From Syncephalis fuscata S228 (lineage: Eukaryota; Fungi; Zoopagomycota), in contig JAHLTZ010000004.1 in the NCBI GenBank assembly GCA_025786725.1, positions 806,001 to 870,000 of the forward strand: a stretch of 64,000 nt of DNA, in the 5' to 3' direction. Positions 10,118-23,160 of this stretch are shown here, piece by piece. The notes under the pieces were generated by a model that made no database searches, was not told the origin of the DNA, and saw only the letters and a list, made by a program, of their open reading frames with translations. A program made the translations under genes and the position numbers. Within the stretch, counting starts at the first letter, position 1, and every line of letters starts with the position of its first letter.

Positions 10118-11448
10118 TTATTTCATTAATTGGACATAGTTAAATAGTTCACTGTCTTTGATGAAATCTTTGTAGAATTCAGCCTCAACCATAACATCTA
10201 CATCAAGTCCGCTCTTTCCTGTTTTTGAACATGGCGGAGCCTCGAAAATAGTGCTAATAAGTGTATTAGGAATTTTATATCGTCTACAGCACATCGGACT
10301 ACCATTGCCAAAGTCCATTTTAGCATAATAGCCAAACTTGGACCAATCTGAGCTAACAAAATCTAAACTTTCTGTTTTAACACATAATCTATTGATAAAC
10401 GAATCTGCACTTTCAACATTCGCTCGCAGTATCCATTCTTTGACGTTATTTTTCTTCTTTATAAGTGATTGACGGCGTGCTAAAGCTACACTACCAAGTG
10501 CGTTATTTAACAATTCACCTGCCGTCATGTCCAGCATTGTTTGTTCAGCCACGTTGCCAAAATAGTTATCAGGAATGCTATCGAGACAAGGCCGCATGTT
10601 AAAAGAAGCACTTTCAGTCAGCAGTTTTTCTGCTGGAATTCGCCTAACTTTAACATGTGCTCGCCAGATTAAACTTAAAACAACGTCCAGTGTAGAAAAC
10701 CATCCAGCACTACGCTCTTTTTTACTAAGTGAATCGATGGTTGTTTGTTTTAATTGTGCAAGACTTTCTGGGCTAAACCAAGTAGTACTGATTTTCTAGA
10801 AATGCCTGTCATTTTTTATGCATTCCAACAAACTGATTTGGATTCGGTTTTACCAATACGTGTTTTAGTTCAGGTTCAAGTTGTAATAATTCTCGATTAT
10901 TATTCGGTGGAGGTGGTGTTTCCCCTCGTGCAAATGCCGCCCATGTTTTTAAAAACATTGACCAGCCAATACCATCAGCAATGTAATGGTGTCCTGACTG
11001 GCAAATCATTAAGCCCGAGTTATTTGCAAATCGTATGACATGGATAACTGTCGGTATGGCTTTTGCTTCATTTGCAAAGACAGCCTGCCATTCAGGTGAA
11101 ATACTGCTATCTGGCCAGTCCTGATTATATGATGAAATATCATTCTCACAATAGGACTCCCGGTATGGTACACCTTCATCAAGTGATTGTACCTCATATT
11201 GATCGTTTCCAATGGATACCAATCGGCCGGCAACAATAGGATATTGCTCAATTGTTTTCTGCAGTGCACTAGTCAGCCTCGATGTAGGCATGAAATCTGC
11301 TGTATTTTCATGATTTTTATAAAAAAAGACTCGTTGTGTGAATCGGAACAATAACATAATCTACCTCTGCCTCACTTAATTCATATTTGGTTTGTATATG
11401 GCCATTTCTTGTATTAACCAAAGTCTCAATGACGGTGTTTATAGCCAT
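10118..11448 (-). pseudogene. BAHD/transferase-family (trichothecene O-acetyltransferase-like) CoA-dependent acyltransferase, frame-disrupted as assembled
   Basis: Catalytic HHYIADG (HxxxDG), YFGN and DFGNG (DFGWG-like) motifs. The N-terminus MAINTVIE..LSEAEVDYVIVPIHT is out of frame with the body near 11320-11337. A second junction near 10795-10815 is either an intron or homopolymer indels. Confidence 0.75.
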
Positions 11449-12732
11449 ATTCGAACAATGTACGAAACAATATCAATAATTTGAATGAAAAACAATGCAG
11501 TAAAGTAACGATAATTGTCACATTATTTTTTATTGGCTCTTTATAAAGGCATTTGCTTTTTAAGCAAGGGAAACTAAGTATCGCAATAGGCGAACAATTG
11601 GGGCTTGCTGCATCCATGCTTAGGCCTTTAAGAAAACGCTAATTAGACATAATATTCAAGTTATTATGCATTTACAAGGTCACGCTATGACGAAATAAAT
11701 GCAGAAATTAAATAGTGGATTTATTTTAAAAATATTCTACCTAGTAGCTGCGTTAACTCAGCGGTCAATTAATCTTACCGACCGAATGGATCAATCCAAA
11801 AATAGCCACATTACTATGTGCTGTCATTAAGGCCTTGGATTTAAACGGTACTGAAGAATTGTGCAGGCGGCTAGCAATATTGGCTATTTTATATAATACG
11901 AATTTATATTATTTATTGCTATGTTTGCGTGCAATATTGCGTGTAGGATTACGCAGGCTATATAGTAGATGTTACAAGCAATTGTAATTTTGGTAGTAAG
12001 CGCTTATCACTATTGAATAGCGTGGCCAGTTTCATTTTATGGCAATTTTTTGGTACAGCACGATTTCAACATTTTTCTACTTTTATTACAAGTTTGTGTA
12101 AAAGCTACAGCAAACGTACTAATATTTCCAAAATTTAAACCTACAAAATAAATTTACAATATAATAATCAGATTTGAGCATATATAAAATGAAAATTTAC
12201 TAACAAGCTTTAATAAATGTCTAATAATATTATCCGTAATCAACCAAGTATTTATGCATATGGCGCCAATCGTTTGTCACTGACAGCTTGTGCAGTATTT
12301 GGTTTCAAAGACAATGCAGACATCAAGCTAATCTTTGTATGCTTTTATCTATATTAAAATAATTGATAACTATAGACCAAGAATGATAGTACAAAATTGA
12401 TAACGCACAGAACTGCCATTTCCAAAGTTAAAAGTAAAATAACATTAACTCGATCGAAAGTAATTATATCCATACTTTTCAGCATGTTGTTATAAAACCA
12501 GATGTATGATGGTGTAATTCTTGCTAAGCAACCAAAATGGGGGGAGAGTAATAGAGGTGGCTTAGTCAAATGCTAGACACAAATCAATAAAGATTATAAA
12601 ATTAGTATCTTAACGAATTTTATTATTAATAAATAGCTCTATTCAATAATTTACATGGAAGTTTCAACTGTATAAACCTGAAAGTAAATAAAAGTAATTA
12701 GAAGTAGAAAAGTTGTTTATTTAATGTTTGAC

Positions 12733-12761
12733 CGACAGTATTATAAATATTAATACTGTCG
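12733..12761. repeat. Perfect 11-bp hairpin/palindrome
   Basis: CGACAGTATTA-taaatat-TAATACTGTCG. Confidence 0.8.
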
Positions 12762-14192
12762 TTCTTAAATGGAAACAAATTAAAAAGGCCCTGATGGGAA
12801 TAAACCTTAATTAAAGTACAACGAAGCTTAGTTTAAACTTCATTGATTCATGTGCTTTGGTCAATAGTAATAATGTTATAAAAAATACAATAATTGTAAC
12901 ATTTATATTATGCATTTTAAAATTTAATGTGAACTAAGTAAATAATTTTTTACCACAGGAGTATTGTAAATCATATAGTTTTGACATTAAATGTATTTGA
13001 ATAGCGTTCCATTATGTTCATGATTCACCAAAGTTATAAAATAATAGTAGAACTATTGTAGGTATATTGTATTTAATATTAATTATCATTATAAAGTAAT
13101 TAATACAAAAAAAACATGCAAGTGATTGTCATTTAGAGTATATGGTTAACTAAACGAACTGACAAACACCACATAAATAAATTAAAAGTAAAAAAGTTTT
13201 AATTTCTATTACAAAAAACTATAAATATTTACATGTCACTTTGGTAGGAATATTAACACAAGCTATTATTCAACAAACAATAATCATTCACTTTGCTTTA
13301 TTTTCCCTAGCTTTAGTAATAAGTTTTATTGAGATTATTATTTGAAGTGTTGGTAGTCGCTAGCTAATGAAAATAATTTTCAATACTTATCAAATAAGTT
13401 ATTTTATATTAGAGTCGATACATGTTTATTAAATAGCTAGAATTTAGGAACATAAATAATATGCAATCAAGAAAGTATCATATAAGCAACTGACTACAAC
13501 ATGATGCTTGTCAAACACGTGCATGACAACATCAATACAAACCCACGACACAATAATAAATCCTCCCATTGAATTTAACGAATAGAAAATATTGATTAGT
13601 GTAATTGATATAGCCCTTTTTTTAGATTTGGCATTCCATATGCCATAACTTCTACATGTCGGAAACGGTAAAATATAAATGGCACTTGCATATGTCTTTG
13701 AAACCGGTAAAAAAAAACTTCTACGGCGATGCATTAGTTTATCCGAAGCTTTAGAAAAAAAATCAATGCATACAGGTCTTGGCACTATTTCAAGATACGG
13801 TGAGTTTGCTTGAACGCATTATAAAATGCGTAACTAATTTTTATATCAGCATTAACAAATATACAATAAATTTGGAACTGTGTCAAATAGGCAGAAAAAC
13901 AAAACGAAAATAATTAAGTATTAATAATAAGCCTACTAAGGACAAAACGGGATATGACTAATGACACTTCATACGTTGCATATCCATGTACGACACCAAG
14001 ATGCACCTGTCTTGGCCGCATGTAAGCTGTTCATGTGACGTTGGAATTTATCCACACGTACCTTTTACGTTCCAAGACATTTAAATACACCTTCAAGTAT
14101 TGCTTTTTTACCGTCTACTGTTCAACATATCAGCGTAACACTTTATTTCAGTTATAAGCACACTTATATCTTTTGGTAAACTCAAACTAGCC

Positions 14193-16137
14193 ATGAGCAT
14201 CGATCAAGAATCAAGTACAAATCAGCCTGTGGTTATTGTTGGCGCTGGGTCAGTTGGTTTGATGGCCGCTCTTGTGCTAACGGAAATTGGCGTCCCTGTG
14301 GAAATCTATGGTTAGTTACAAGGACTGGAAGCAATGTTAAGCTAACACATACGTCAACTGAGTAGAACGTAATCACAAGCAAACGACGGAATGGCGTGCT
14401 GCCGGTATACACTCACGTATTATCGAAATGTTTGCTCGCTACGGGCTAGCAGAAAGATTGTTAGCAGTTGGAAATCCATTTAATAAATTCCGATACATCC
14501 GAAACGGAAAAGTCTTAGAAGGCATGTCGATTGACTGTATTCGTAGCGAGTATCCTATGACACTGGGATGTGGTCAAGACAGCACGGAAGCCCTACTTCA
14601 CGAAAGACTAGCTGAACTAGGAATTTACGTAAAGTGGGGATGGGAATACGTTTCACATGAATCAATCGACGATAATAGGCAAATCAGTATCCAGTTTAAG
14701 AAAGTCGATTCGGATGAAGTTATAACGCGCCAAACACCTTACATGGTTGGATGTGATGGTGCACACAGCAAAATACGCAAAGCTATAGGTGCCCAGTTTA
14801 ACGGACGATCTTCTGGAGATCGTGTAGCGGTTTTTGATGTCGAAGTTGATGTGGATTGGCTACCAGTAGCATGGTAAGTTTATTAATCATGTGTTATATT
14901 ATTGCTAATTTATCTCAGTTTTATTGTTAATTCTAACGGCTTTGTGGGAGCTGTTTGCGCACATGACAACAACAAATATCGCATGTTTACAGGATGGAAT
15001 GCCAATTCACCTGACCCAACGAAAGATGAGTTAGTTGAGGCGATTAAGCGTAGTTTTCTTCCAATGGACTTTGGCAATCCGCGCATATTATCGCTCTCAA
15101 TGTTCAACATAAATGAACGTCGCGCCTCGCAGTTTATATCTGGCGACGCCCGTGTGTTTATTTGTGGCGACGCTGCACACGTACACAGTCCTGCAGGTGG
15201 GCAGGGAATGAACATGGGCTTGCAAGATGCAGAAAACATTGCATGGAAAATAGGCATGGTTTATCACGGATATGCCAAATCGGATTTATTGAAGTCATAC
15301 GGAACGGAGCGAATTCCTGTTGCTGATGATGTTATCAAACTATCGGGAAGTCTTACACTTCTTTTGAGGCATAGGTGGATAGCAAATGCATTTTTACGCC
15401 TTCAGCCAATAATGCGACACTTACCTAAGTTTTATATGCGCATAAGAATGGAAACAACAGCACAGCTTCGTATCAAATATTCCTTATCTGATCATGGTGG
15501 TATATTTGCAGATACACCAGCATGGTCCAAGGCTGCTTCATCATGGAATTTGTTTAATTGGTTCCCGTTTAACTTGTTTTCAGATCCTATTTGTATGCCA
15601 GGCTCGCGCGCCATTGATTGTCAGGTCATCGATCCAGCCAACTGCACCAATACGCGTACTCGTCACTTTTATGCACAAAATAATGGATCATACAAAGCTG
15701 TCATATTTATTGATAATCGCAAGACTGCTGCTGATAATAGCACAGTAGAAACAAACGCATGTCAACTGCCACTAGACACTATGAGTCAGCTAAAAGACGT
15801 AATGACAACATTCAAAGCATACAAATCGGCAGTATTACCGGCATTTGTTATTTATGGTACACAAAGCAGCAACGATACAGTTGGATTATCTGCACAAACG
15901 ACGTCGCTGATAGCACAATTAAACAAAAAATTCAATGATGTGCCAGTATTTATCGACATGAATCAAGGCAAACAATACGACAACATGACAATGGCAGACA
16001 TGTATCAATGCACACGTTTAAACGAGCACGCTGTATACCTTATTCGACCAGACACTTATATTGCGGCGCGTATGTTATTGCATGAAGCAGCGATAACAGT
16101 CGGTAGTCATTTAGATACAATTGGTATGCAAAAATAA
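14193..16137 (+). CDS. Group A FAD-dependent monooxygenase (phenol/aromatic hydroxylase-like), 3 exons
   Basis: VIVGAGSVGL (GxGxxG), VGCDGAHSKIRK, FICGDAAHVHSPAGGQGMNMGLQDAENIAWK and C-terminal YLIRPDTYIA. Confidence 0.92.
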
Positions 16138-16338
16138 ACGCTATACTCACTAAGCAGCTATACCAACGGCAATTATATTGCAAATCAATTAACAACACAA
16201 AACACAATAAGCAAATCAATAAACTATCTTGTTATTCCCACTTTTATATTATTTAGCTAAATAAAATAAATAACATGTAATTCAGATATGTAAATGCACA
16301 CGTCATGCCAATATTATTAATAATTTATTAGAGTGTAG

Positions 16339-19300
16339 CTATACTAAAATATTTTCTGTAATAATATCGTCTTCGTCCGAACATTCTGTAACACCTCCAT
16401 TACCAAATGAACCAAGATCTAATCCACCATAACTACCAAGATCAATGCGGCGCCTTGATAAACTTGTTGAATATTGTGAATCTACATCGACGCGATCGTG
16501 GTTAGATTGACTAGTAAAAGATGGTCTTATTGGACTGTGTGGGAGCGCAACAAGTGGGAGATGCAACTGACATTGCTGAAGAATCGATCTATTTGACTGG
16601 GATCGTGACGTATGCTGCTGGGCACAATTAGATGCAATTCTTGTGATAAATTCTGGCTCTATATGGCTATTTTGAGTTACTGCTAGCTGATTTGTATAGG
16701 TAGCCACTCGCGGTAAACTTGGTAAGCTAGCCTGGCGTATTCTTGTGCGCAAGTTTTCATTTAATGCACATGATTTTGCTACTATACGTGTTGAATTGGT
16801 ATGCCTATGAGATGGAAAAGATCTACTAGACAAAGCATTGGGATGAAATTGTCGTCGTCGTCGTCGTGGAGGAGGAGGGACAACAAATGAAAATGGCTCT
16901 AATTCCTGATTTTCTATGCCATTAAGTCGATCATTATTGTTAATAGTATGCTCAAAAGAATCATTTGCTACGCGTGGAAGTAAATTGGCGCCTACATCAT
17001 CTTGGCTGTAGCTTTCATTATAGATCACATGGTCTCCTGCCTCTAAATTATGCAAATTGGCATCGTTGACAGTTAAAGAAGTATTTTGCTCTGATTGTAA
17101 ATGTACAAATGAGCGTGAAGTAGGAGACCGTTCAAACGATGCCCGCTGGTAAAGATTGGTGCCAGCGGTGACAATTGCAGATACAGATGATATAAAAGGC
17201 CATTGGATCTTGCTGAGTGGTCCTCTGTTGTAATTGCTGTGCTTTCGGCCCACATGCTTGATTGCATTGAATGTCGGTCTACAGTTGTTCCATAACGAGT
17301 GGTATGAATTAGCTGGCTGTTTACTGGTGATGGTATGCTGGATATACTGCCTGTAGAGTTACGAAGATGCAAAGATTCAAAATTGATTGGCAGACGTCGT
17401 GCGGAAACAGGTGATGAAGATAAGATACTAGGTAAAGTATGATTACTGTTAGATTGATCCGTGTCGAGATGGGAATTTATAAATGAAATGCTGCTGTTAT
17501 CGGAAAGCATCATAGAGTTTCGATTGATGACGTTGCTATTCGATTCCAAATTATTGGTAGCTGCATCAGTAGGTGTAGTTCCAGTAACATGGTTAGCTGT
17601 CTTGATAGACTCTGTTGATCTATGACATGCTGCACGGTTCCGAAATGTTCCAAAAGCCGAGAGTACTGAGCGATTTTGTTGTGTACGCCGAATTGGCAGA
17701 ACAGGTAAAGCGGGTAAAGACAACGAGCGCCGTCTGTTGGTTGGTTGTATACTTTCAGATACGTGGCGCTGATGTGTATTGCCAATAGAATCATTAGAGC
17801 GCATTCTTATTCCTTTAAATGAAGTGTATAGCAAACGTCGTGGCACTTCGGGTAGAATATCCACAAAAGACGCAATCGACCCTGTTAATCTTCTTTCAGC
17901 GACTCGTCGTTTTTTTGCATTTTTTTCCAAAAGAGATGGCGTGGCTTCACCTCTGGTTACAAGCATATTCATTGGATTAATAAAATTATCGATGGATAAG
18001 GGCCTTGCCAGTTGCTCAGTATTTATTGACCGATGTTCTATAGCTGGACTACTAGCAATTGTTATGTTTTGTTGATTGTCTAGTAATGGTGGTATGAATA
18101 TTTCTGACAAATAAGGCTGCTGAATTTCGTGGTTAACTTCGCTTTGTGGTCGATGTGTATATCAAGGTTGCTGTATAGTTTTGTGATCTATTTGTGTCGT
18201 AAATCGTATTTTCGATTTCACTATCGGCTAGCATGAGGGGAGTACGGGAGGAATAGATATTGGCGGAAAGTGTATAAATTAATAGCAGATACATAATGGG
18301 TAGAATAGCAGATGATATAGCTGTAAATATAAGTTGCCAATATCCGCTAGAGTCGCGAAGAACCGCAAGGCTAGCTTGTGTTCCAGCAACTGATGCATAT
18401 AATAGTGCAACGGTTGGTAAAGCAAATAGATGTACAAATAATCGGTTATTATTTTTTAGATATAGTGCCAGATGAGAAATGGGTATGGCTTGAATACGAC
18501 GATTGTACATTTCAATCCATCTTTTACGTGTAGCTAGTGCAACTATAATTCCTGCAGCAGCGTAGACTGCACTCCAAATACATGTTATTATGCGAGATAA
18601 TGCCCATCCTAGACCTGTTGTTACATTACACCAGTATGGTTGTAAGCACCAATTTGGTTCTGGCTACTGGTCACGTTGTCGTAGTTATCCACTCGATTAT
18701 ATATGAATATTGGCTGATGGCTAGATGCCAGTGCGGAGGATGCTAAATTTTTAAATCCCATTGTTGATGTGGCATACCGATCAAACAATAGAAACGTAAG
18801 AAGCTCTGTGCACGGTACTGCTACTACCGCCACGGCAACGCAAGTCCATCCGGCCATGGGGCTGAATATTCGCCAATAATGACCGAGTACAAGTGTGTGA
18901 CCTCCATTACGAGAAGCAATGTGAAGTGCAAATGCTTGGCGTGCAAGTGCTAGCCAAATGGCCATTAAAAGCAGTGTGTCTGCCAGAACATCAAGCAAGA
19001 AAATCATACGCACTCGACCTGGATGAGCGGAGCTCAGTGTGAAAATGAGTGCGTTTGTACCGGCAAGAATCACATTGCGTGCATCCACCAGCGAGCTAGC
19101 TGGATACAATAAGGGAATAACACGCAGTATTAAAGATATAGCGCAGGTAAGCATAGCAGCCATTGTTACAACTCGAGACTTTGTTTCTTCTTTTAGCTTT
19201 AAATGTGCTGCCGAAGGCTGAGTGCCGGGTACAACGTTGGATGTTGACTGTGCCAAAACATTGGCAGGACTATCAAAATGCTCTCTACATGTTCTACATC

Positions 19301-19427
19301 GACTAATAACGACTGTGTAGCCCAAATAAATAAGCAGACACAAAGCTAGCGCAGCATGTTCAAGAGCTAGCGTTTCCGCAAGATTATTGGCAGAAATGAT
19401 GATTGGATATTTTGTGGCCATGGCCAC
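16339..19427 (-). pseudogene. 7TM (GPCR-like) membrane protein with a long Ser/Arg-rich tail; three frame discontinuities
   Basis: Four abutting or overlapping minus-strand ORFs give about seven hydrophobic helices with a Cys-containing loop (NWCLQPYWC) and a disordered tail. No convincing normal-length intron restores frame at about 18660, 18150 or 17250-17350. Confidence 0.6.
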
Positions 19428-19638
19428 ACTATTATTTAATATAATGGCACTAGTTTAAAGGTAGTGCATGGAAGCTGGGGCAAGAAGACGTTTGATGAAG
19501 TAAAGTTGGTCAGTGTAAACGGTAGCGTGGGCGTGACCGCTACTGTTTAGTTTCAACTAATAGTACAGGGTAATATGTAGTAGTAGTAGTAGTAGGAGGG
19601 TAATAGTATTCGTTAGGCGAAGTAAAAGAAAAGAGGCG

Positions 19639-19740
19639 TTAACACGTGGGTGAATTCAAAATCACCAACAGCAATAATTAAAAGGACGATAGTGTAGGAA
19701 CTATAGGAACAGAGTAGAAGTGCCAGGACCCACGTGTTAA
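19639..19740. repeat. 13-bp inverted repeat TTAACACGTGGGT...ACCCACGTGTTAA (paired E-boxes or mini-MITE)
   Basis: Perfect inverted arms at 19639-19651 and 19728-19740. Confidence 0.7.
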
Positions 19741-21873
19741 ACTACGGAATAAGAGATAGTTTGCCAGAAAGATTGAATAGAAAGAAGGTGTCGGAGCTGA
19801 GTAAAGTGAGCCAAATCAAATGCTATGTATAAATGTTATATTGTCTATTTTGTAGGCAGATACTTGCGGTAATAGATAATACCCAATATGCCCAGTATTA
19901 AATGGATTTTATGTGCTTGGCTGGTGCTTCTGCAACAAAAGGCGAGTATTGATGTAGATAAGCGTGGACGGAAAACACGTGTTGTATTACGCAACAAGCA
20001 ATAAAACTTTTGCTAGTCGGAGTACGAATTATTTAAAAAATAACCGTAATCAGTAACTGATATAAATACGAGTAGACATTTAGCAAAAATGGTAATTGAA
20101 ATAAAAAGCCAAGTTTTGTACAGTAATGATACGTTACTATAAATAGTTCACAGAACGCTAAATTCCAGCTTTCAACGGGACTTGTAATAGTTGTTGAATA
20201 AAGGCTTATGAAGGTATGGATTGGATAGGCTATGTTGTATACGATAAATTTAAACAAGAATAACAAAAACAATAGTTTTAAAATAGCTAAGCAAAAAAAA
20301 GTGTTTGTGAAAAATGGAGCTCAAAATGATCAATATAAGCTATGCTAGTGTAATGTTTAATACTTTAAATGTGCCTTAAAAATAATAGTGTAAGAAGGCG
20401 CAGATAAAAATACCGACAGACAACTTTGGCATGTATCTCAAGCTTTTTGGTATTGTAACGAACCAATAAGGTTTTCTAACTGTAGGAATTTTGTTGGTGG
20501 CGACAAACGCGCTATGAATATGTAAAAATACCAGTGTAGTAATAAGATCAGCCAAATGTGCAGTTTAATGGATCATCACGTAGATCCATGGATACTGACA
20601 CGCACCAGTTGCCTATACAGATAATAAATATGTTATTTAGCGAATGACATAATTTACAGAATAGTATGAATACAATGCACTGTATAAAATGAAATAATGT
20701 AGTTAAAATAAAAACATAATGTTTCGCAACGTGATTTCTTCAGCAATGCTATGTAAATCAGTGAATCTATATTCGTACAGCAGTTGAAAATCAAGCGCGC
20801 AATAACAGTTGCGCACATAAAGTTACCAATCAATATTACATGTGAATGACAATTTTTAATCATTTTAGTATGTTAATCTAGAAACAAAAGTCAGGCCTTG
20901 ATTATTATATTCGAGAAATTCTGGCAGGTGTACACGCCTATTCGCACATTGATTTTTCTGCTTTCGCATTAATAGTGGCAGACCTTGTCGCGCTTTGATA
21001 GTGACTTGAGATACATATTACACGTGTGTAGTAATTAAAATAAAACTTAATTCACCAATTGTGCTGAATACAAAAGTGTAGATATGAAGAAAATACACAA
21101 ACAAAGACGTGGAAGTATCGGGCGTGGCGCCTAAAGCCGTTCAAACCGATAACAACATCACAGCAAAGCAATCATAGGTTATCAGAAGTATAGAAACGCC
21201 TTGGGTAAGGTGTTATATTCTCGGTATTTTTATCCGAGCGATGTCAGCCTTTTCTTGTTTTATTTTTGTGGCCTATCCTTGGCCAGTCTTACTGTGCCAC
21301 GTTTATGTTCTGGTCTTCCACCAGTACGCCCTTACTAAATATTTGAACTCGCAATTATTCTCAGGAACCTTTGTTGCGATTTGTACATAAAATCAAGACG
21401 GTTTTGCCCATTTATCGCAATCGTACATCTAACATGTTGTGTGGCTGTCGTGTTTTTCGTTTCTCCAGTGATTTATCTTTTTATTATCAATACCTGGTAT
21501 TGGACAACAAAATATTATTATTACTATCGCCTAGCTCCATTTCGATCTAGCAATCCGATAAGAGTGTACATTTACCGCTCTGTAGTCTAACGAGTGTATT
21601 AATCCTCATCAGCGTATTCAGATTAGTGCTAATTGTAACGGCTTGTATTGCAAGTTTATTGTAAAACTTGTTGCCAACAGCAGCGTTTCAGCCAGTGCAT
21701 GTTGCCCAAGGCGAAAATAACGCCCCGTAGCATTGACACTATCCCTTGATTTCTAAGGTGTGTTACTTGTCTCTATATTATAAGTTGGTCCTTTTGTTGT
21801 ATTCAGCTACTCTCGCCCATTCTTGCCCATCTTACATTCTAGAAACAAATATACATCCGCACACACATATACC

Positions 21874-23160
21874 ATGGCCGATTTTACGAACATGCTTCGT
21901 TTTCCTGCACTGGCTGCACACGTTCAACAGGTGCTTTATGGCTGCTTTTCTTCGGAAGAGCTAGCACCGTTTTTGCAAACCAATGAACGCGATGATACAA
22001 GTACTAAATCCACCGTATCATTTACTTCGACTGTATCCACTTTGCGATCTTATTACGATGCAAAGTCACAAATAAATTGTTACTCTGAAGAAATGGAAAG
22101 CAACGACGATTATGATGACTCCACTATGGATGATCAATTGTCAGAAAAAGCATTATTTCAGCGGCAGTTGAGAGGCAGACCATCAACATGCTTCTTTCGT
22201 AATGAGTGTCCATGGGAGTTGCCACCTTTAGAAAGGTCCGTTTCTGCTGATAATACGATTTCGACTCCAATCGCCAAGACATTATTCGTATCAACTGTGA
22301 CGGCAGCTGAAAAGCACGCAGCTAATAATGAATGCTATCGCTCTATTTTACGCAATAATAGTGAACGCGCTAAATCTACAATAATTACTAAAAATGTCAA
22401 CAAGAAAGCAAGTAACCAATGGCCTTTAGTTTTGAATGAGGGGCCAATGTTTGATCAAAGCAAGCGTGGTCAACGAAGTGGAAGTTATTCACTTGAAACA
22501 CAGCGTGAGCACTCTCATTTAGCGGAAAATCACATGAAACACAACGGACAAGAGCAGTTTAGTAGGTGGGGTCAACTACGGCAACGTGCAGCATCACTGG
22601 CTTTAGGAATATCTACAAGTTTTAAGGATAATGTCGCTATGTCAAGCGAGAGTAGTTCGCGGCGCATGTGGTTTAAAGGGGCGAAAAGCCCCAAACGTAG
22701 TAGCGTTTTAACCATGCCAGAGACGCACTGCAGATCATACCTTGAGCCTACGCCAGAGCTCAGCCAAACTGTCGCAAAGGATTTTGACCAAAACAGTCTA
22801 CAATCAAATCAAATGCTCATGAGCTCAGCTATTAATTTGTCACAGCTAGCTTTGCTATCTTCAATTGTTAACCGTCAAGTGCAGCCGACCAACATAGCGC
22901 CAGAGGTTGCGGCACTTACTTTAAGAGAACAAGAACATAAGGTCATAAAGCTGCTAGAGGCATTAGCCAAAGAAAATGAGCAGAAATGGTCGGGTATTCG
23001 AGATTCTTTGTACTTGCATCGTGCGCAAAACAGTCGAGATTCTTTGGATAAAGTAAAAGTATCAAAATGCAACTATGCCAGGGATGATGTTTTAGTTCAT
23101 TCAAGCGATGACGAAATACTGGGCCATATTGACAACAGTCTATTGCATGTCCCATCTTGA
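21874..23160 (+). CDS. Hypothetical Ser-rich, largely disordered protein
   Basis: Intronless ORF of about 428 aa from ACC-ATG-G, with RxxS motifs and a short coiled-coil-like segment. No family recognised. Confidence 0.7.
   Translation: MADFTNMLRFPALAAHVQQVLYGCFSSEELAPFLQTNERDDTSTKSTVSFTSTVSTLRSYYDAKSQINCYSEEMESNDDYDDSTMDDQLSEKALFQRQLRGRPSTCFFRNECPWELPPLERSVSADNTISTPIAKTLFVSTVTAAEKHAANNECYRSILRNNSERAKSTIITKNVNKKASNQWPLVLNEGPMFDQSKRGQRSGSYSLETQREHSHLAENHMKHNGQEQFSRWGQLRQRAASLALGISTSFKDNVAMSSESSSRRMWFKGAKSPKRSSVLTMPETHCRSYLEPTPELSQTVAKDFDQNSLQSNQMLMSSAINLSQLALLSSIVNRQVQPTNIAPEVAALTLREQEHKVIKLLEALAKENEQKWSGIRDSLYLHRAQNSRDSLDKVKVSKCNYARDDVLVHSSDDEILGHIDNSLLHVPS

Noticed and set aside
12354-13785. 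Hydrophobic ORFs 12354-12569 and 13444-13785 as membrane-gene relics; 13-bp inverted match at 12301/13693
   Set aside because: No ATG start or recognisable motif, and hydrophobicity is expected from AT-rich DNA.
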